Shown one piece after another: positions 36,957 to 48,878 of a stretch of DNA of 64,000 nt. The notes under the pieces are model-generated. The model saw nothing but the letters and a program-made list of their open reading frames with translations. It made no database searches and was not told the DNA's origin. Position numbers and translations under genes: made by a program. How positions within the stretch are numbered: position 1 is the stretch's first letter; every line of letters starts with the position of its first letter. The stretch spans positions 23,002,001 to 23,066,000 of the forward strand of contig OZ210885.1 of assembly GCA_964658305.1 (NCBI GenBank). Direction: 5' to 3'. The DNA comes from Leptogorgia sarmentosa (Eukaryota).

Positions 36957-37800
36957 TAGCTTTTATTATTGTTAACTAATCATGCCAAATTAAACATGGG
37001 ACATATTTATAGATTTCATTGCTAGGACAGGAAATAATTTGAAACGGTAACGAGAAAGATTTATACTTCCACTGGAAGTTATGCTGCGATTTTTTTGGTT
37101 TTTCCTAATAATTTAATTGCTGCAAGGGCAATGTCTGACATATTTCCCATGTTATTTTATCACAAAATTCAATTTTCCAAAAAAAATATGCACTACTTAA
37201 TTCGAAATGACGAAACATAAGAGGACATACCTCTTCAAGATGCAAGGCTTTTGCTTGGTGTATTGACAGTCTATACGTATACATATTGACAGTCTTTATA
37301 CGGTCTAACGTTGAAATATATTTTAGTATTGTTTATTTGTTTGGGCATTGGACATGAAATACATATATACTGTGGCTCAAGTCCTTTTAATTAAGGATGA
37401 CACGCATATGCATTAACAGCAATCAATGATCTTTTGGTAATTATACATATATAACCATTTTTAAACTCGATCGTTGAATAAAGTCTTGTCGTAGGCTATA
37501 TATAGGCGCTATAAGTTTTATAGCGTCCGAATATAAAGCGACTGATGGTCTGTCAATATTCCACACTATCCCCACTGTAAACTTAATATTGTTTTCAACC
37601 CTCGACATGTTGCCCTCGACCTCCTACCCTCTACCTCCTACCCTCGACCCTCGACAATTAGTCAAACTCAAATGCAATATAATAATATTTTTCTTGGAAA
37701 TACCTTGGAATGCAGTTGAGTTATGGGTCGTGTGTCGTACAAGACAAGAATGTAATATTCAATGCTAAAATAACTGTTATATCTTAGACATTTAAATATT

Positions 37801-38751
37801 AGGTGGGTTACAGTCCCTTCTGCGCACATGCGCTGAGTTTGTTATGAGTAGGCTACTCATGTTAAAATCATAACAAGTTCCCAGTCCTACCGAGTAATAA
37901 CAACACGCACGGCCGTGGGCTGCAGGGAGCGATGACTACTTCAGGTGCGTCAAGTTCCGCAAAAAAACCTTCAAATACTAAGCGTCGTTGCATATCTGAC
38001 GCTAGAAAGGTATATGACAAGAAAAGAGACGCATCTTTTGAGAGGTGGAGAGCGTTCAAACAAGAACGCATCCTGAAGACTGACCAGAATGTGGCAGATT
38101 TTCTGCTCGATAATACACACGGAGAAACACGTTATGGTGAGTGTGTTGATAATATAACTAAACCTTTGACCTTTTATGATGATTTTACGCTTTTGGCCTT
38201 TGTCTTCACAAGAACAATCAACCCCTATTTGTAATTCATATATTTTGCTAAAAAGCTTTAACGAATATTGAATAAGTTTTGGGGTATTCTTACAAATACA
38301 AATTGAGATGTAATCGTAATGACTTGGGGGCGAATCGACTGGATTCCACACCAAATACATATAAAATATGTAAAGGAAAGTACATTAAAGCGTAAAATCA
38401 TCATAAAAGGTCAAAGGTTTAGTTATTTATCAACACACTCACCATAACGTGTTTCTCTGGTCAGTCTTCAGGCTGCGTTCTTGTTTGAACGCTCTCCACC
38501 TCTCGAAAGCTTCGAATAAAAATATCTTAGATGCGTCTCTTTTCTTGCGCTTAGTATTTGAAGGGTTTTTCTGCGGAACTTGATGTGCCTGGATCAGCCA
38601 TCGCTCCTTGCAGCCCACGACAGTAAAAACATTAGGTGGCTGCGCGTGTTGTTATTACTCTGTAGGACTGGGAACTTGTTATGATTGTAACATGAGTAGC
38701 CTACTCATAACAAACTCAGCGCACATGCGCAGAAGGGACTGTAACCCACCT
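37801..38751. mobile_element. Kolobok-type foldback non-autonomous element
   Basis: Ends AGGTGGGTTACAGTCCCTTCTGCGCA... / ...TGCGCAGAAGGGACTGTAACCCACCT followed by TTAA (left flank degenerate, TATT). Inverted arms extend ~360-400 bp (to ~38200 and from ~38390). Confidence 0.8.
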
Positions 38752-39261
38752 TTAAAACACCGTCTATGTATTCGCTCCTTGGTCCTTAGATCAACTTCAT
38801 TACTGTACCTTAAGATACTGTCAATCCTATTTCTTTAACGCTGCCTTTACAGTAGCTCAAAATTGATAAATTGTCCAATTCAATGGCTTCAAATGCTTCA
38901 AACTTTACTGTATTTCAACTTTTCGTCAAGTAGCGATCAGAAGGAGCAAGAATTTCGGGCTCAATGCTGCAAAACGTTGGCCTGAGCCATCATTGGTGAA
39001 CGCTTGTGAACGCTGTGATTGATAAAAAACATTCAGCCAATGGGAATGCAGAATTGTTTTTGAATAAGCCAATTGAATAGCCTGTATTCGAACTCCTCAC
39101 AGATCGCGCAAAACTCAGGCGTTAATTTTCGAAGGCCGAGCAACTGAATGAAATTGACTGGACTGTTAACTTTCAATGCAATTCACTACCTGAAGTTTAA
39201 CAACTGGAGTGCTATTGTGAATTGTGATTTCACAATTTTACCAATACAAGGGGAATAAGTA

Positions 39262-39346
39262 GCCTCATTAGCTCAGTGGTTGGAGCACTGGTCTTGTAAG
39301 ATGTCTAGTAAACCAGGGGTCCAGAGTTCAAATCTCTGATGGGGCT
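39262..39346 (+). tRNA. tRNA-Thr(TGT)-like gene with a 12-nt insertion 3' of position 37 (intron or local duplication)
   Basis: GCCTCAT/ATGGGGC acceptor stem, A box TAGCTCAGTGG, anticodon arm CTGGT-CTTGTA[AGATGTCTAGTA]A-ACCAG, T arm CAGAG-TTCAAAT-CTCTG. Confidence 0.7.
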
Positions 39347-39462
39347 GTATTTGCTTTAAAAACTTGGAAGAACGTCAAAGATTTGTATGCTGTTCAGTGG
39401 TTAAAAATAATAAAGCTTTTGAAAGCCTTCGAAAAAACATGCTTTGAAGATTTTAGCAGGTT

Positions 39463-39540
39463 GCCTCATTATTAACTCAGTGGTTGGATCACTGGTCTTG
39501 TAAACTAGGCATCCAGAATTCAAATCTCTGATGGGGGGCT
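39463..39540 (+). pseudogene. tRNA-Thr(TGT) pseudogene
   Basis: Same body as 39262, with insertions and mismatches in the D and T arms. Confidence 0.75.
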
Positions 39541-39766
39541 CAAAAGTATCGTTACCAAAAATTGGCCTGTTGGTCTTGAGAAAGGGAAATAATTTTGAAA
39601 GTGGTACTCAGAGTTCCGCTCACTTGTAATATATTCGTTATTATAATTCAATGAAAGAGTAAATGGTAACATTTTACAAAGAAAGGAAACAATTTTATAA
39701 TCTTTCCTATATTTACCATTTTGAAACCTGACAATAGTGAAGAATTCTATCGCAAACGCTTGTGCT

Positions 39767-39840
39767 GCCTCATTAGCTCAGCGGTTAGAGCACTGGTTTC
39801 ATAAACCAGGAGTCCAGAGTTCAAATCCCTGACTGAGGCT
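39767..39840 (+). pseudogene. tRNA-Thr-derived copy with CAT anticodon (probable pseudogene)
   Basis: Thr body; loop TTCATAA; one extra base in the 3' acceptor strand and a T-stem mismatch; followed by a T-rich run. Confidence 0.7.
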
Positions 39841-39975
39841 TTATTTTCTTCGGAAACGTGGAAGAACGTGGAAGATAAACGCCCCGAATTTCATTCATAT
39901 GCAGTTCAGGGTGTTAAAAACAATATTGGAAGAGTAGTATGTTGGAAAAAAACATGTGGAGGTTTTTAGCAGGTC

Positions 39976-40021
39976 GCCTCATTAGCTCAGGGGTTAGAGC
40001 ACCAGTTTTGCAAACCGGGGG
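39976..40021 (+). pseudogene. Truncated tRNA-Thr pseudogene
   Basis: GCCTCATTAGCTCAGGGGTTAGAGCAC..., 5' half only. Confidence 0.7.
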
Positions 40022-40180
40022 AACAAATATTCATCCAAACGAACTATTTTGATTTTATGACAAGTTAGTGTGAGCGGAATTCAATTTTTTGGAAAAGCTT
40101 ATTTTATGAAAAATTCCTGATAATGTGAGAAATTAATATGATGGTTATATTGTATTCTGAGTTTCAATGGAAAACATGTT

Positions 40181-40226
40181 GCCTCATTAGGTCAAGGGTT
40201 AGAGCACTTGTTTCGTAAACCAGGGT
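40181..40226 (+). pseudogene. Truncated tRNA-Thr(CGT) pseudogene
   Basis: GCCTCATTAGGTCAAGGGTTAGAGCACTTGTTTCGTAAACCAGGG, T arm missing. Confidence 0.7.
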
Positions 40227-40784
40227 AAGGTTGATACCAACTTGAAAGTTTTTTCAGGATGTTGCATTAATGTTATCGAATGTTTCAACATGGAATTAGC
40301 TTTGATCTTCTGATATCAATTGCCAACCAAAATTCAACATTGTCTCAACATTACTTCTGGGACGTTGCATGAACGTTATAGATTTGATGTTTTTTTAATG
40401 TGGAATTAAGCGGTGATTTTCTTTTTCTAGCAACTAAAATTCAGTTTCAACATTGTTTTTAGACGTTGGATCAACATTATAGAATTGACGGTGTTTCAAC
40501 GTGAAATCTGCATTGATTCTTCCACGTTACTTAATATTTGATGTTAACCGGCAATGTGAACGAGTGGTCTGAAGTGCTTCTGTTGACATTAATTTTGTAA
40601 ACAAATGATATTTTGCATAAAATACCAATGTCAAATATATGTTGGACATTTAGCTGCAAGACCAGAAACGAAAAAGCCTGGAATGGACAAGGCTCCACTC
40701 TGGGAAATTACCAACTTGCAAACATTGTCATTGCATAAAAAATTGACCACTAAGCATATGAACAGATATAGGATAAGAAAATAC

Positions 40785-41208
40785 TGGATTCTCAGGGTAG
40801 CAGCGCGGGTATTACGCGAGACGCGGAATCGGATAAATTAATTGATACCTCGTTCTTGATTTCAATTCTCAATCTTCAATTTTATTCGATCTATTTAAGT
40901 ATATGGTATGGTGTATAGTATAAGTGTAAATTAAATATTATCCGTGCGCTACATATAAATCTTACATTATTATTACAAACTTACTTCTTTGCCGGGTCTT
41001 CGCGATTACAACTATTTTTACATGAACAGAATAGCTAAACAGGTTAGCTACAACACAGGTTAGCATGCGCTTTCACTGTAAAACTAAACAGCAGTTCTCT
41101 CAATGCAATCATAATAACGTGCGTCAAATTACGTGTCAATCAAATCCCTTAATCATGCATAAATTAACTAAATTATTACTAACTAGTGTCCAGTCTCTCA
41201 ACAATCCA
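40785..41208 (-). repeat. 3' LTR (TGGATT...AATCCA)
   Basis: Near-identical to 46546-46982. Confidence 0.95.
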
Positions 41209-44200
41209 TCCTCCGCCTCCAAAAGAGAGTGTTCCTTATCATTTCTTTTCTTCTGCCGGTTGAATCACAGCGATCTTGGTCACCGGTCTCGAATACTCGC
41301 CTGAAGCCATTTTCACCTTGACGTTTCTGACCGATGCGTTTCCGTCAGCTACGAACACTACGTCCTCAACTCGTACGTTCCGATTTTCTGCGTTCCACTT
41401 TCTCTGTGGCACCAGTAGTGGAAATACGTCTCTTGTCCACCGTCTCCAAAAGGACTCCACGATTTTCTGTATAAACTCTACTCTTCGCCTAGGGTTTCTC
41501 GTCTCTTCGAATGGGCCTTGTGGTACTTGGGAAGACGCCCGACCCAAAAGCATATCGTTGGGGCATAGGTAGGAGTCGTCGTCGGGATCATTTGGTGCTA
41601 GTCCAATTGGTCTTTGGTTGACCAGGTTTGCCGCCACTTCCAGTAGAACGGTATACAATTCGAAAGGGGTTAGTACGTGTTCCCCAACTGCTTTCTTCAG
41701 GGCCAGTTTGCAGCTTTTGACTAGTGCCTCCGCACATCCGTTCTGATGGGGCGCTGCTGTGGTGATAAACATCCACTGAACTCCTCGTTCAGCACAGTAG
41801 TCCTTCAGAACCCTTTTGTCCGCTCCTTGGATCATCTGGCGCAGTTCGGTTAATGCGCCCACAAACTGGGTGCCGTTGTCGCTCAGTATTTCGGCTGGAT
41901 GTCCACGTATGGAAAGGAATTTTCGCAGCGTCTGGATAAACTCCATCGCCGAACAATCAGTGGCAATTTCTAGGTGGACTGCACGGGTATTTAGGCACGT
42001 GAAGATTACGCCGTAATATTTGGTGGTCTTGTTTCGTCCAACTTTGACAGTCAGTGGTCCAAAATAGTCGCACGATGTGTGGTGGAATGGAGGGGAATGG
42101 GGTTTGAGTCGCTGTTGCGGCAGACTCGCCATTATCTGTGTCTCGGTTTTTGGGTTCGATTTTCGACATGTCACACAATTCTACTTGATGGTCTTGGCTA
42201 AATCATGTGCACGAGAGATCCAGTAGCTTCTTCTTGCTTTTGCCACTGTAGTTGCTACGCCTGTATGACCCTTTTGATGATACTCTTCCATTATTAATTT
42301 GGCAACTCGGTGATTGTAGGGTAGAAGGGCTGGGTGTCGGGTCTCATACGAAACCAACGCATTATTGATTCTTCCACCAACTCTGATTATTCCTTCTTTA
42401 TCAGTGAATGGGCTAAGCGTTCGCAGCTCTTTTGCTTGTACTCTTGGGTTCAGACTCTTTTGAGCTTCTTTGATCCAGAATGTTCGACTCCTTTCGAGCT
42501 CCTCCGGTGTCAGACAATCTCCTTCTGGTGTACTCTCGTCTTTCAACTGTCTTTTTGCCAATATTTTCGCCTTTATTCTCGGGATCCATGCCGTAACTCG
42601 CACGAGTCGTTTCCAACTAGAGAAACTTTCTGCGTTGATGGGGCACGTCGGTGTTGTTCCGTTCGTCGTCACCGTTCCCACCACTTGGGTACTTCTGCAT
42701 TCCTTCTCAACCTCTCTCGGATCGGGTTTCGCGTTTTCAACCATTCTTCTTTCGGTTGGTGCAGAAACTCGGGGCCCTTCTTCCATCGACTTGATAACTC
42801 CGCAGCTGGTAAACCTCGGGATACATCGTCTGCAACATTATGCTCGGTAGGAATGTGTCTCCACTGAACAGGCTGGACGTTGTCTTGTATTTCTTTTACA
42901 CGGCTTCAGACAAACGGTTTGAGTCTTTTTCCTTGGCTGCGAATCCACGCCAGAACAATGGCGCTGTCAGTGAACAGGATGCTCTCCTTTAATTGTCTTA
43001 CATAATCGGCTGGCTAGCACGGCTGCTTGTAGTTCTAATCGGGGAATAGTCAGTTCCTTTAATGGTGCAACTCGTGATTTGGCTGCTACGAATCGTACGT
43101 TGACTGCTCCCGTGGGGTTTTCGCTTCCGAGGTAGGCACACGTTCCAAAGGCTTCACGCAAAGCGTCTGCGAAAACACACAAGGTTGGAGGCTCATTGGT
43201 TACAGTTGGGCATAGACATCTTTCCACCGAAGTTTGGCTTAACTGCTCCATTTCATTAAAATACGCTGACCATTTTGTTTGGTCACTTGGGGACAGTTCA
43301 TCATCCCAGTCAAGTCCTTTCTGCCATAACTCTTGCAACCCGATCTTCGCTCTTACAAGATAAGGTGCCGCAAAGCCAATGGGGTCATAGATTCTGACGA
43401 CCTGGCTGAGGATTTTTCTCTTGGTGAACTTTGGCTGCTGGGTTTTGCACATTTCCACTTCGACTTTGTATTTCACCAGATCATCTTTCGTGTTCCAAAC
43501 TAGGCCAAGTACCTTTGCATCTGGTTTTCCTTGTGGCACGTCAATTTCCTTTCTCTTTTCTTGTTCGTTTGTCTGGTGCAATTCCCCGTTTGATTGCCAT
43601 CCCTTTACTTGAAATCCACCTTTCTCGAGGATGCGGTCAATTGCTTGTGTCACCTCCGTGGCTTCTTCCTTTGTTGTAAATGAATCTAGGATATCATCCA
43701 TGTACGAATTATCCCTCATAGCTTGCGCTGCTCGTAGATTCTCATGTTCTCCTTCTTCTGCAGTTTTTCGCAACGCGACTTGAGCCATTGCTGGTGCTGG
43801 TTTATCTCCAAACGTGAGGACGTTCATAACGTACGTGTCCGGTGGTTTATCAATCTCCAAATCCCTCCACAGGAATCGGTGCACATGTTGGTCTTCAAGG
43901 GGAATAAGGACTCAATGATACATCTTTGAGATGTCCGCGGTGACTGCGACTTTATTCTCTCTAAAGCGAAGGATAACTCCAAAATAGACCGTTGAGAAGA
44001 TCAGGACCTTTCTTCCAGTAGTCGTTCAGCTTATGGCCCTGGTACGTAGCGGATGAGTTGAACACGATACGGACTGGCGTACTTGTGCTCTCAGGTCTCA
44101 ACACAGCATGGTGGGATATGTAGTGGACTGGTCCCTTGTAATCATTGATTTCCCGTTCAGACAGTTTACGAGAGAAACTCATCTTTTCCATCTCTGCCAT

Positions 44201-46545
44201 TTTATCACTGTATGCTGTTGCTTGCAGAGGATTCTTCATCAACCGATGTTCTGTTGACTCTAGGCGTTTCAGGGCTTGATTCTTGTTGTCCGGCAAGTCT
44301 CTTGGGTCTTTCTTCCATGGGTATGGAAGCATCCACTGATTCCCAACCTTTCTCGCCGACTCTTCTATCACTCGCTTTTCTTCTCTCTCAGACTGACTCA
44401 GCTTGTCTGCATCACAGGTACACGGTTTCACTGCCACTCCCATAGTTTCAGTCATCCAAAAGTCTGACAGATCAATATTTTCAGGGTATTTCACATGTAA
44501 GACGGTTGTAGTTACATGGTTTAACTGTCCGACTGATGAGCCAAATATGACCCATCCCAGTGGCGATTTTCTTGCAAGGAGGTGCTCTGCTTGTTTGGTT
44601 TGGCCAGTGTGCATATACGCGTGATCAATCCCGATGAGCAAATCGATTTGCCCTTTTCCGCGTTTGACTTGATCTTTTGGTAGGCCAAGCTTCTCAGTTA
44701 TGGTGCTGGTGTGGATTCCATTAACGTCCTCGCTGATACACGGTATGCCAATTGCTGTGATTGAGTACTTCTTTGTATCTCCGATTCCACTGACGGGAAC
44801 TCTGTAACTCTTTGTGCGAATTGTTTCTTCTTCACCTCCGACTTTAATCATATTTACCGAAATGTCTCTCCCTTTAAGACCGAGGCTTTCCGCGGTTTCA
44901 TTTCGAATCAGACTTATCTGTGCTCCAGAATCCAGAAGGACATTACCACGTTTGTACAATCCTTTTGGCCCGCAAATGGTGGCAGAGATCACTGGTAGAA
45001 GCGCGTCCTTTTGGCTGTTCACTGACGCCAGGGTTACACCCGCAGTGGTAGACTTGTGCAGTAAAGGATGGTGACTAAAGGTGCACTGATTCCCATTTTC
45101 CAACTTGTTGCATTGCTTTCTTCTACTACAATTTGCTTGGCGGTGGTCACGACCCGCTTTCTTCAGGCAGCTGAAGCACACGTGATTCTCCTTTGCAATC
45201 TTGAGTCGTTCATCGACTGTCATGGCAGCGAGCCTTTGGCACTGGTCCGGCCAATGGTTTGAATTCTTGCAAAGCCAACACCTGTGTCGGTTCTTGGTTT
45301 CTTCGTCGACGGCACTGCTGACTTGGTTAACTTTACGTCGGGTAGATATACCGCTTCTGACTGGGGACGTTGTGCGCATGCGCAACTTCATCTCAATTGT
45401 CATCCAATTCATTAATGCATTGAGCGTAGCAGGTGTTCGTTCTCTTTCTAGGTCTCTCGACCACACTTTCCGATCATCTGCGCACATTTTCTGCTCTATT
45501 ATCGATAACATATGGCTGTTATCCATGTCACTCGGGACCCCAACCTCTTTAAGTGTGTTATAACACCGCCTCACCAAGTGCACAAGGTCGCAAAAACGCG
45601 CGTCTTCACCCTCTTCTAACGCTTTAAATTTACTTATGTCCTGGGTAATGGTGTCTGAAACGAATCGAGGGTCTCCGTATATCGAATCTAAGTATTCCCA
45701 CGCTGCATCATAATCAGAACCAATTCCCTTTATTAGTTCAAGTGGCTTTTCTTTCAGGCAAGTCCGCAGTAATGTTATTGAATCTCTTTTCGTGTATCTT
45801 GATTCGATTGCATGCTTAAAATCCGTGCGGAAAATGGCATATTCCCGCACATCGCCAGAGAATTTCGGTAACTTGGGCTTTTCCATTTGGAAACTGCAGC
45901 TGTTTGGGCTTTGAACAGCGCTTACTTCACTCTTAATTTCATATTGGGAAGCAATTTGACTCGGAGACTGTTCAGTGTTAGTTGGGGTGATTTCAGCTGG
46001 GGTGTTGACGGATTCACCAGAAATTTCCGCAGGAGGGCTTTCGGCTACATTGCTCGCTTCATTGCCTACGCTTGACTGGGTTTCCTCAGCAACTAGTGGG
46101 CTCGTATTACTCTCGCTGTCTACGTTCTGCATTCTGATCATTCCTGAAGAATGTTGCTCGTTTTCACTAAGGCTGATCTCTGTAACCTTCGCTGAAATGT
46201 GTTCTACATAGCATTTAGCTTCAATGTCAATTTTCAGAAAGTAGTTCTGACATTCATCTAACCACTCTTCTTCATTTTCAAACAGTGTGTCATCGACAAT
46301 CAGGTTAGCGTATAGCTCGTGTTTCAACACCACGTTGTCAAATGCATTTTTTACTTTAACAAGGTACTTGCTTACCTCGTTCGCCGGTCGTTCACTTTGA
46401 CACAGATGCGTCAAAGCTTTTCCTAATCTTGTCAAGGACGCCTTTGCGGCTCGACGCTGTATCTTTGCGGCCTTCAGCGCTCCGTCTTCTTCACTCATGA
46501 TATCGGCTATCCACGCGTAAAATTCCTTCCAGAAATCGAATGTTG

Positions 46546-46982
46546 TGGATTCTCAGGGTAGCAGCGCGGGTATTATACAAGACGCGGAATCGGATAAATT
46601 AATTGATACCTCGTTCTTGATTTCAATTCTCAATCTTCAATTTTATTCGATCTATTTAAGTATATGGTATGGTATATAGTATAAGTGTAAATTAAATATT
46701 ATCCGTGCGCTACATATAAATCTTACATTATTATTACAAACTTACTTCTTTGCCGGGTCTTCGCGATTACAACTATTTTCACATGAACAGAATAGAATAG
46801 CAGAATAGCTAAACAGGTTAGCTACAACACAGGTTAGCATGCACTTTCACAGTAAAACTAAACAGCAGTTCTCTCAATGCAATCATAATAACGTGCGTCA
46901 AATTACGTGTCAATCAAATCCCTTAATCATGCATAAATTAACTAAATTATTACTAACTAGTGTCCAGTCTCTCAACAATCCA
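46546..46982 (-). repeat. 5' LTR
   Basis: Direct repeat of 40785-41208 with a 13-bp AATAG-type duplication and a handful of substitutions. Confidence 0.95.
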
Positions 46983-48878
46983 AATACAGAACATAACAAA
47001 ACTGTGAAACATATTGAACAAATCTTTTTAAAAACGCATTATGCAGAAAGTGTCTTCTTTTTTATTAGAACATCGATAATAACCATCATCATGCCCATGA
47101 TTTATGCTTACCATGAGGACGTATAGGGTCAGAAATCACACTGAATTTTAACTATGGTCAATTGTTAATTCACTGATCAATACTTATCCTGTGATATAGG
47201 AGATATAGACTAGGAGATTACTGTACTTCGAAAAGCCGTTGTATTTTGACGAGAAGAAAAAAAATTGTCCTAAAATAATCTAGCAAAATTATGATAAAAA
47301 AACGAGACAATAAGGCCAGGATTTAGAATTTTTGAAATTTATTGGAAATTTATTGTATAATACAAACTGGTCCGTCCCCTCTACATTGCATTATCTTACC
47401 ATGCTATTTCTATTGGGTTTTTGGGACTTTTTACCCAATTAATTTCTCAATGAAATTCTTGTAATATTATGTTCAATTGGTAATTCACTCATAAATAACT
47501 TATCGTTACTTTTTTCCGGAATGACTTAATGAGACATGCGTTTGGGAGAAATACAATAGACCCCACTGGATAGACAACGTTCAAATTAGGAAAAGCACCG
47601 CTGGGAAAATTATCATAAATTTAATTAAATTGTGAACCGGTTTGCAAGGTTACAAAATACAGGAAATTGACACGAAAATATAAGGTATATAATAACAGGA
47701 TTTCGAATGTGATTATCTTTTGCATAACGGGTGTTATAAAAAGGCAAACAAAATTATTTTCGCAATTTCATGACGAGATATTTACTATACCAAAACTTAC
47801 CAAACTTCATACTTTTACCACAATTTAGGATGCATTTTCGATTCAATTATACTAATGTAGGCTACGTGGGTTGTGAAAGAGTCTAGTATAGAAGTCTTGT
47901 GAAGAATAAAAAACATTTATTATGAAAGCTAATATATTACAATATCACAGACATTGTAAGAACATCTTTTTGGGCACCCTATAGCTAATGCATTTGGTCT
48001 GCATAAAGGCTTTTATGAGCTTTGATGAGCAGAATCGAATATACAGTATTTTTAAAATTTTGAATGCCCAAAAGTCGGTCGACAAATCAGTGTGATAAAA
48101 ACGTTCTATGTCGAGAAAGAAATTACAATATATAGCTATGTCAAAAGATGAAACAATAAAAACAATTCATATATTTAACCATTTATAATTAACTGTGACT
48201 TACTAAAAATGTAGTTTCAATGGCTACTAATGGAATTGAAGTTGATTCTCAGTCGATGTCGCTAGACTTGTGCAAGCAAGCTGTCAAGAAAATCTGAAAA
48301 CAGCAGAGATTTGGTTACTTTGGAATGGGATAACCCTATAGTTCCCTAATAAAACTGAAAAATATTGCCATACAAATTTTGGATTAAAATATTGTACATA
48401 TTTTTTAAAATAAAAAGTCAGAATATTTTATTTTTTATTTGAAAAAAAATAAAAAACTGGAGCTGCCAACGAATCTAACAAACCAGTTGCCAGGCATTTT
48501 CGTATAGTCAAAACATTTTTCAGTTGAAAATTCCGTTTTTGGTGGCAACGATAATGGTGAAAGAAACGAAATGCGTCTTATTTTTCTAAATTGAAACACA
48601 CATTCCCGTTGGCTTTGTGTTAATGGGCATTTTTCTTCAATTTATTGTGATCCTGCATGGTTAGAAAACAGAATTAATTAGTGGATGATTTGAGAAAAAT
48701 GATAAAACAGAGAGCTAGAACAAAATAATATGATCTTGATCCAGAGATATAAAAAACCTTTGTCGATCTCTTCATTTTTAATTCATATATTCAATGTCCC
48801 GGATGTATTCTCGCATTTTAATTGGTTTATATTTTACTTTGTGTATTATATGTTTTGCTTGCCTCGTTCGTATGCAGC

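Larger units (their letters stand above)
31985..37669 (+). mobile_element. Complete Mutator-like (MULE) DNA transposon
   Basis: TIRs GAGTTTGACTAATTGTCGAGGG... / ...CCCTCGACAATTAGTCAAACTC with GTCGAGG subrepeats. Perfect 9-bp TSD AAATGCAAT at 31976-31984 and 37670-37678. Internal transposase ORF. Confidence 0.93.
40785..46982 (-). mobile_element. Full-length BEL/Pao LTR retrotransposon (frameshifted pol)
   Basis: Two LTRs; 5-bp TSD AATAC (40780-40784, 46983-46987); PPT GGAGGCGGAGGA next to the 3' LTR. Gag-PR-RT ORF 46498-43961 (KPKLPKFSGD, three Zn knuckles, LLDSGAQ, YISHHAV); YMDD; RNase H; integrase DYFGP/SDNGTQF/AEALVK at 42174-41239. Confidence 0.97.

Noticed and set aside
40230..40520. 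Degenerate repeats rich in CAAC/GTTG motifs
   Set aside because: Unit and boundaries could not be defined by eye.
42334..46211. Plus-strand ORFs overlapping the Pao element (similar antisense ORFs elsewhere)
   Set aside because: They are shadows of the minus-strand gag-pol with no independent motifs.
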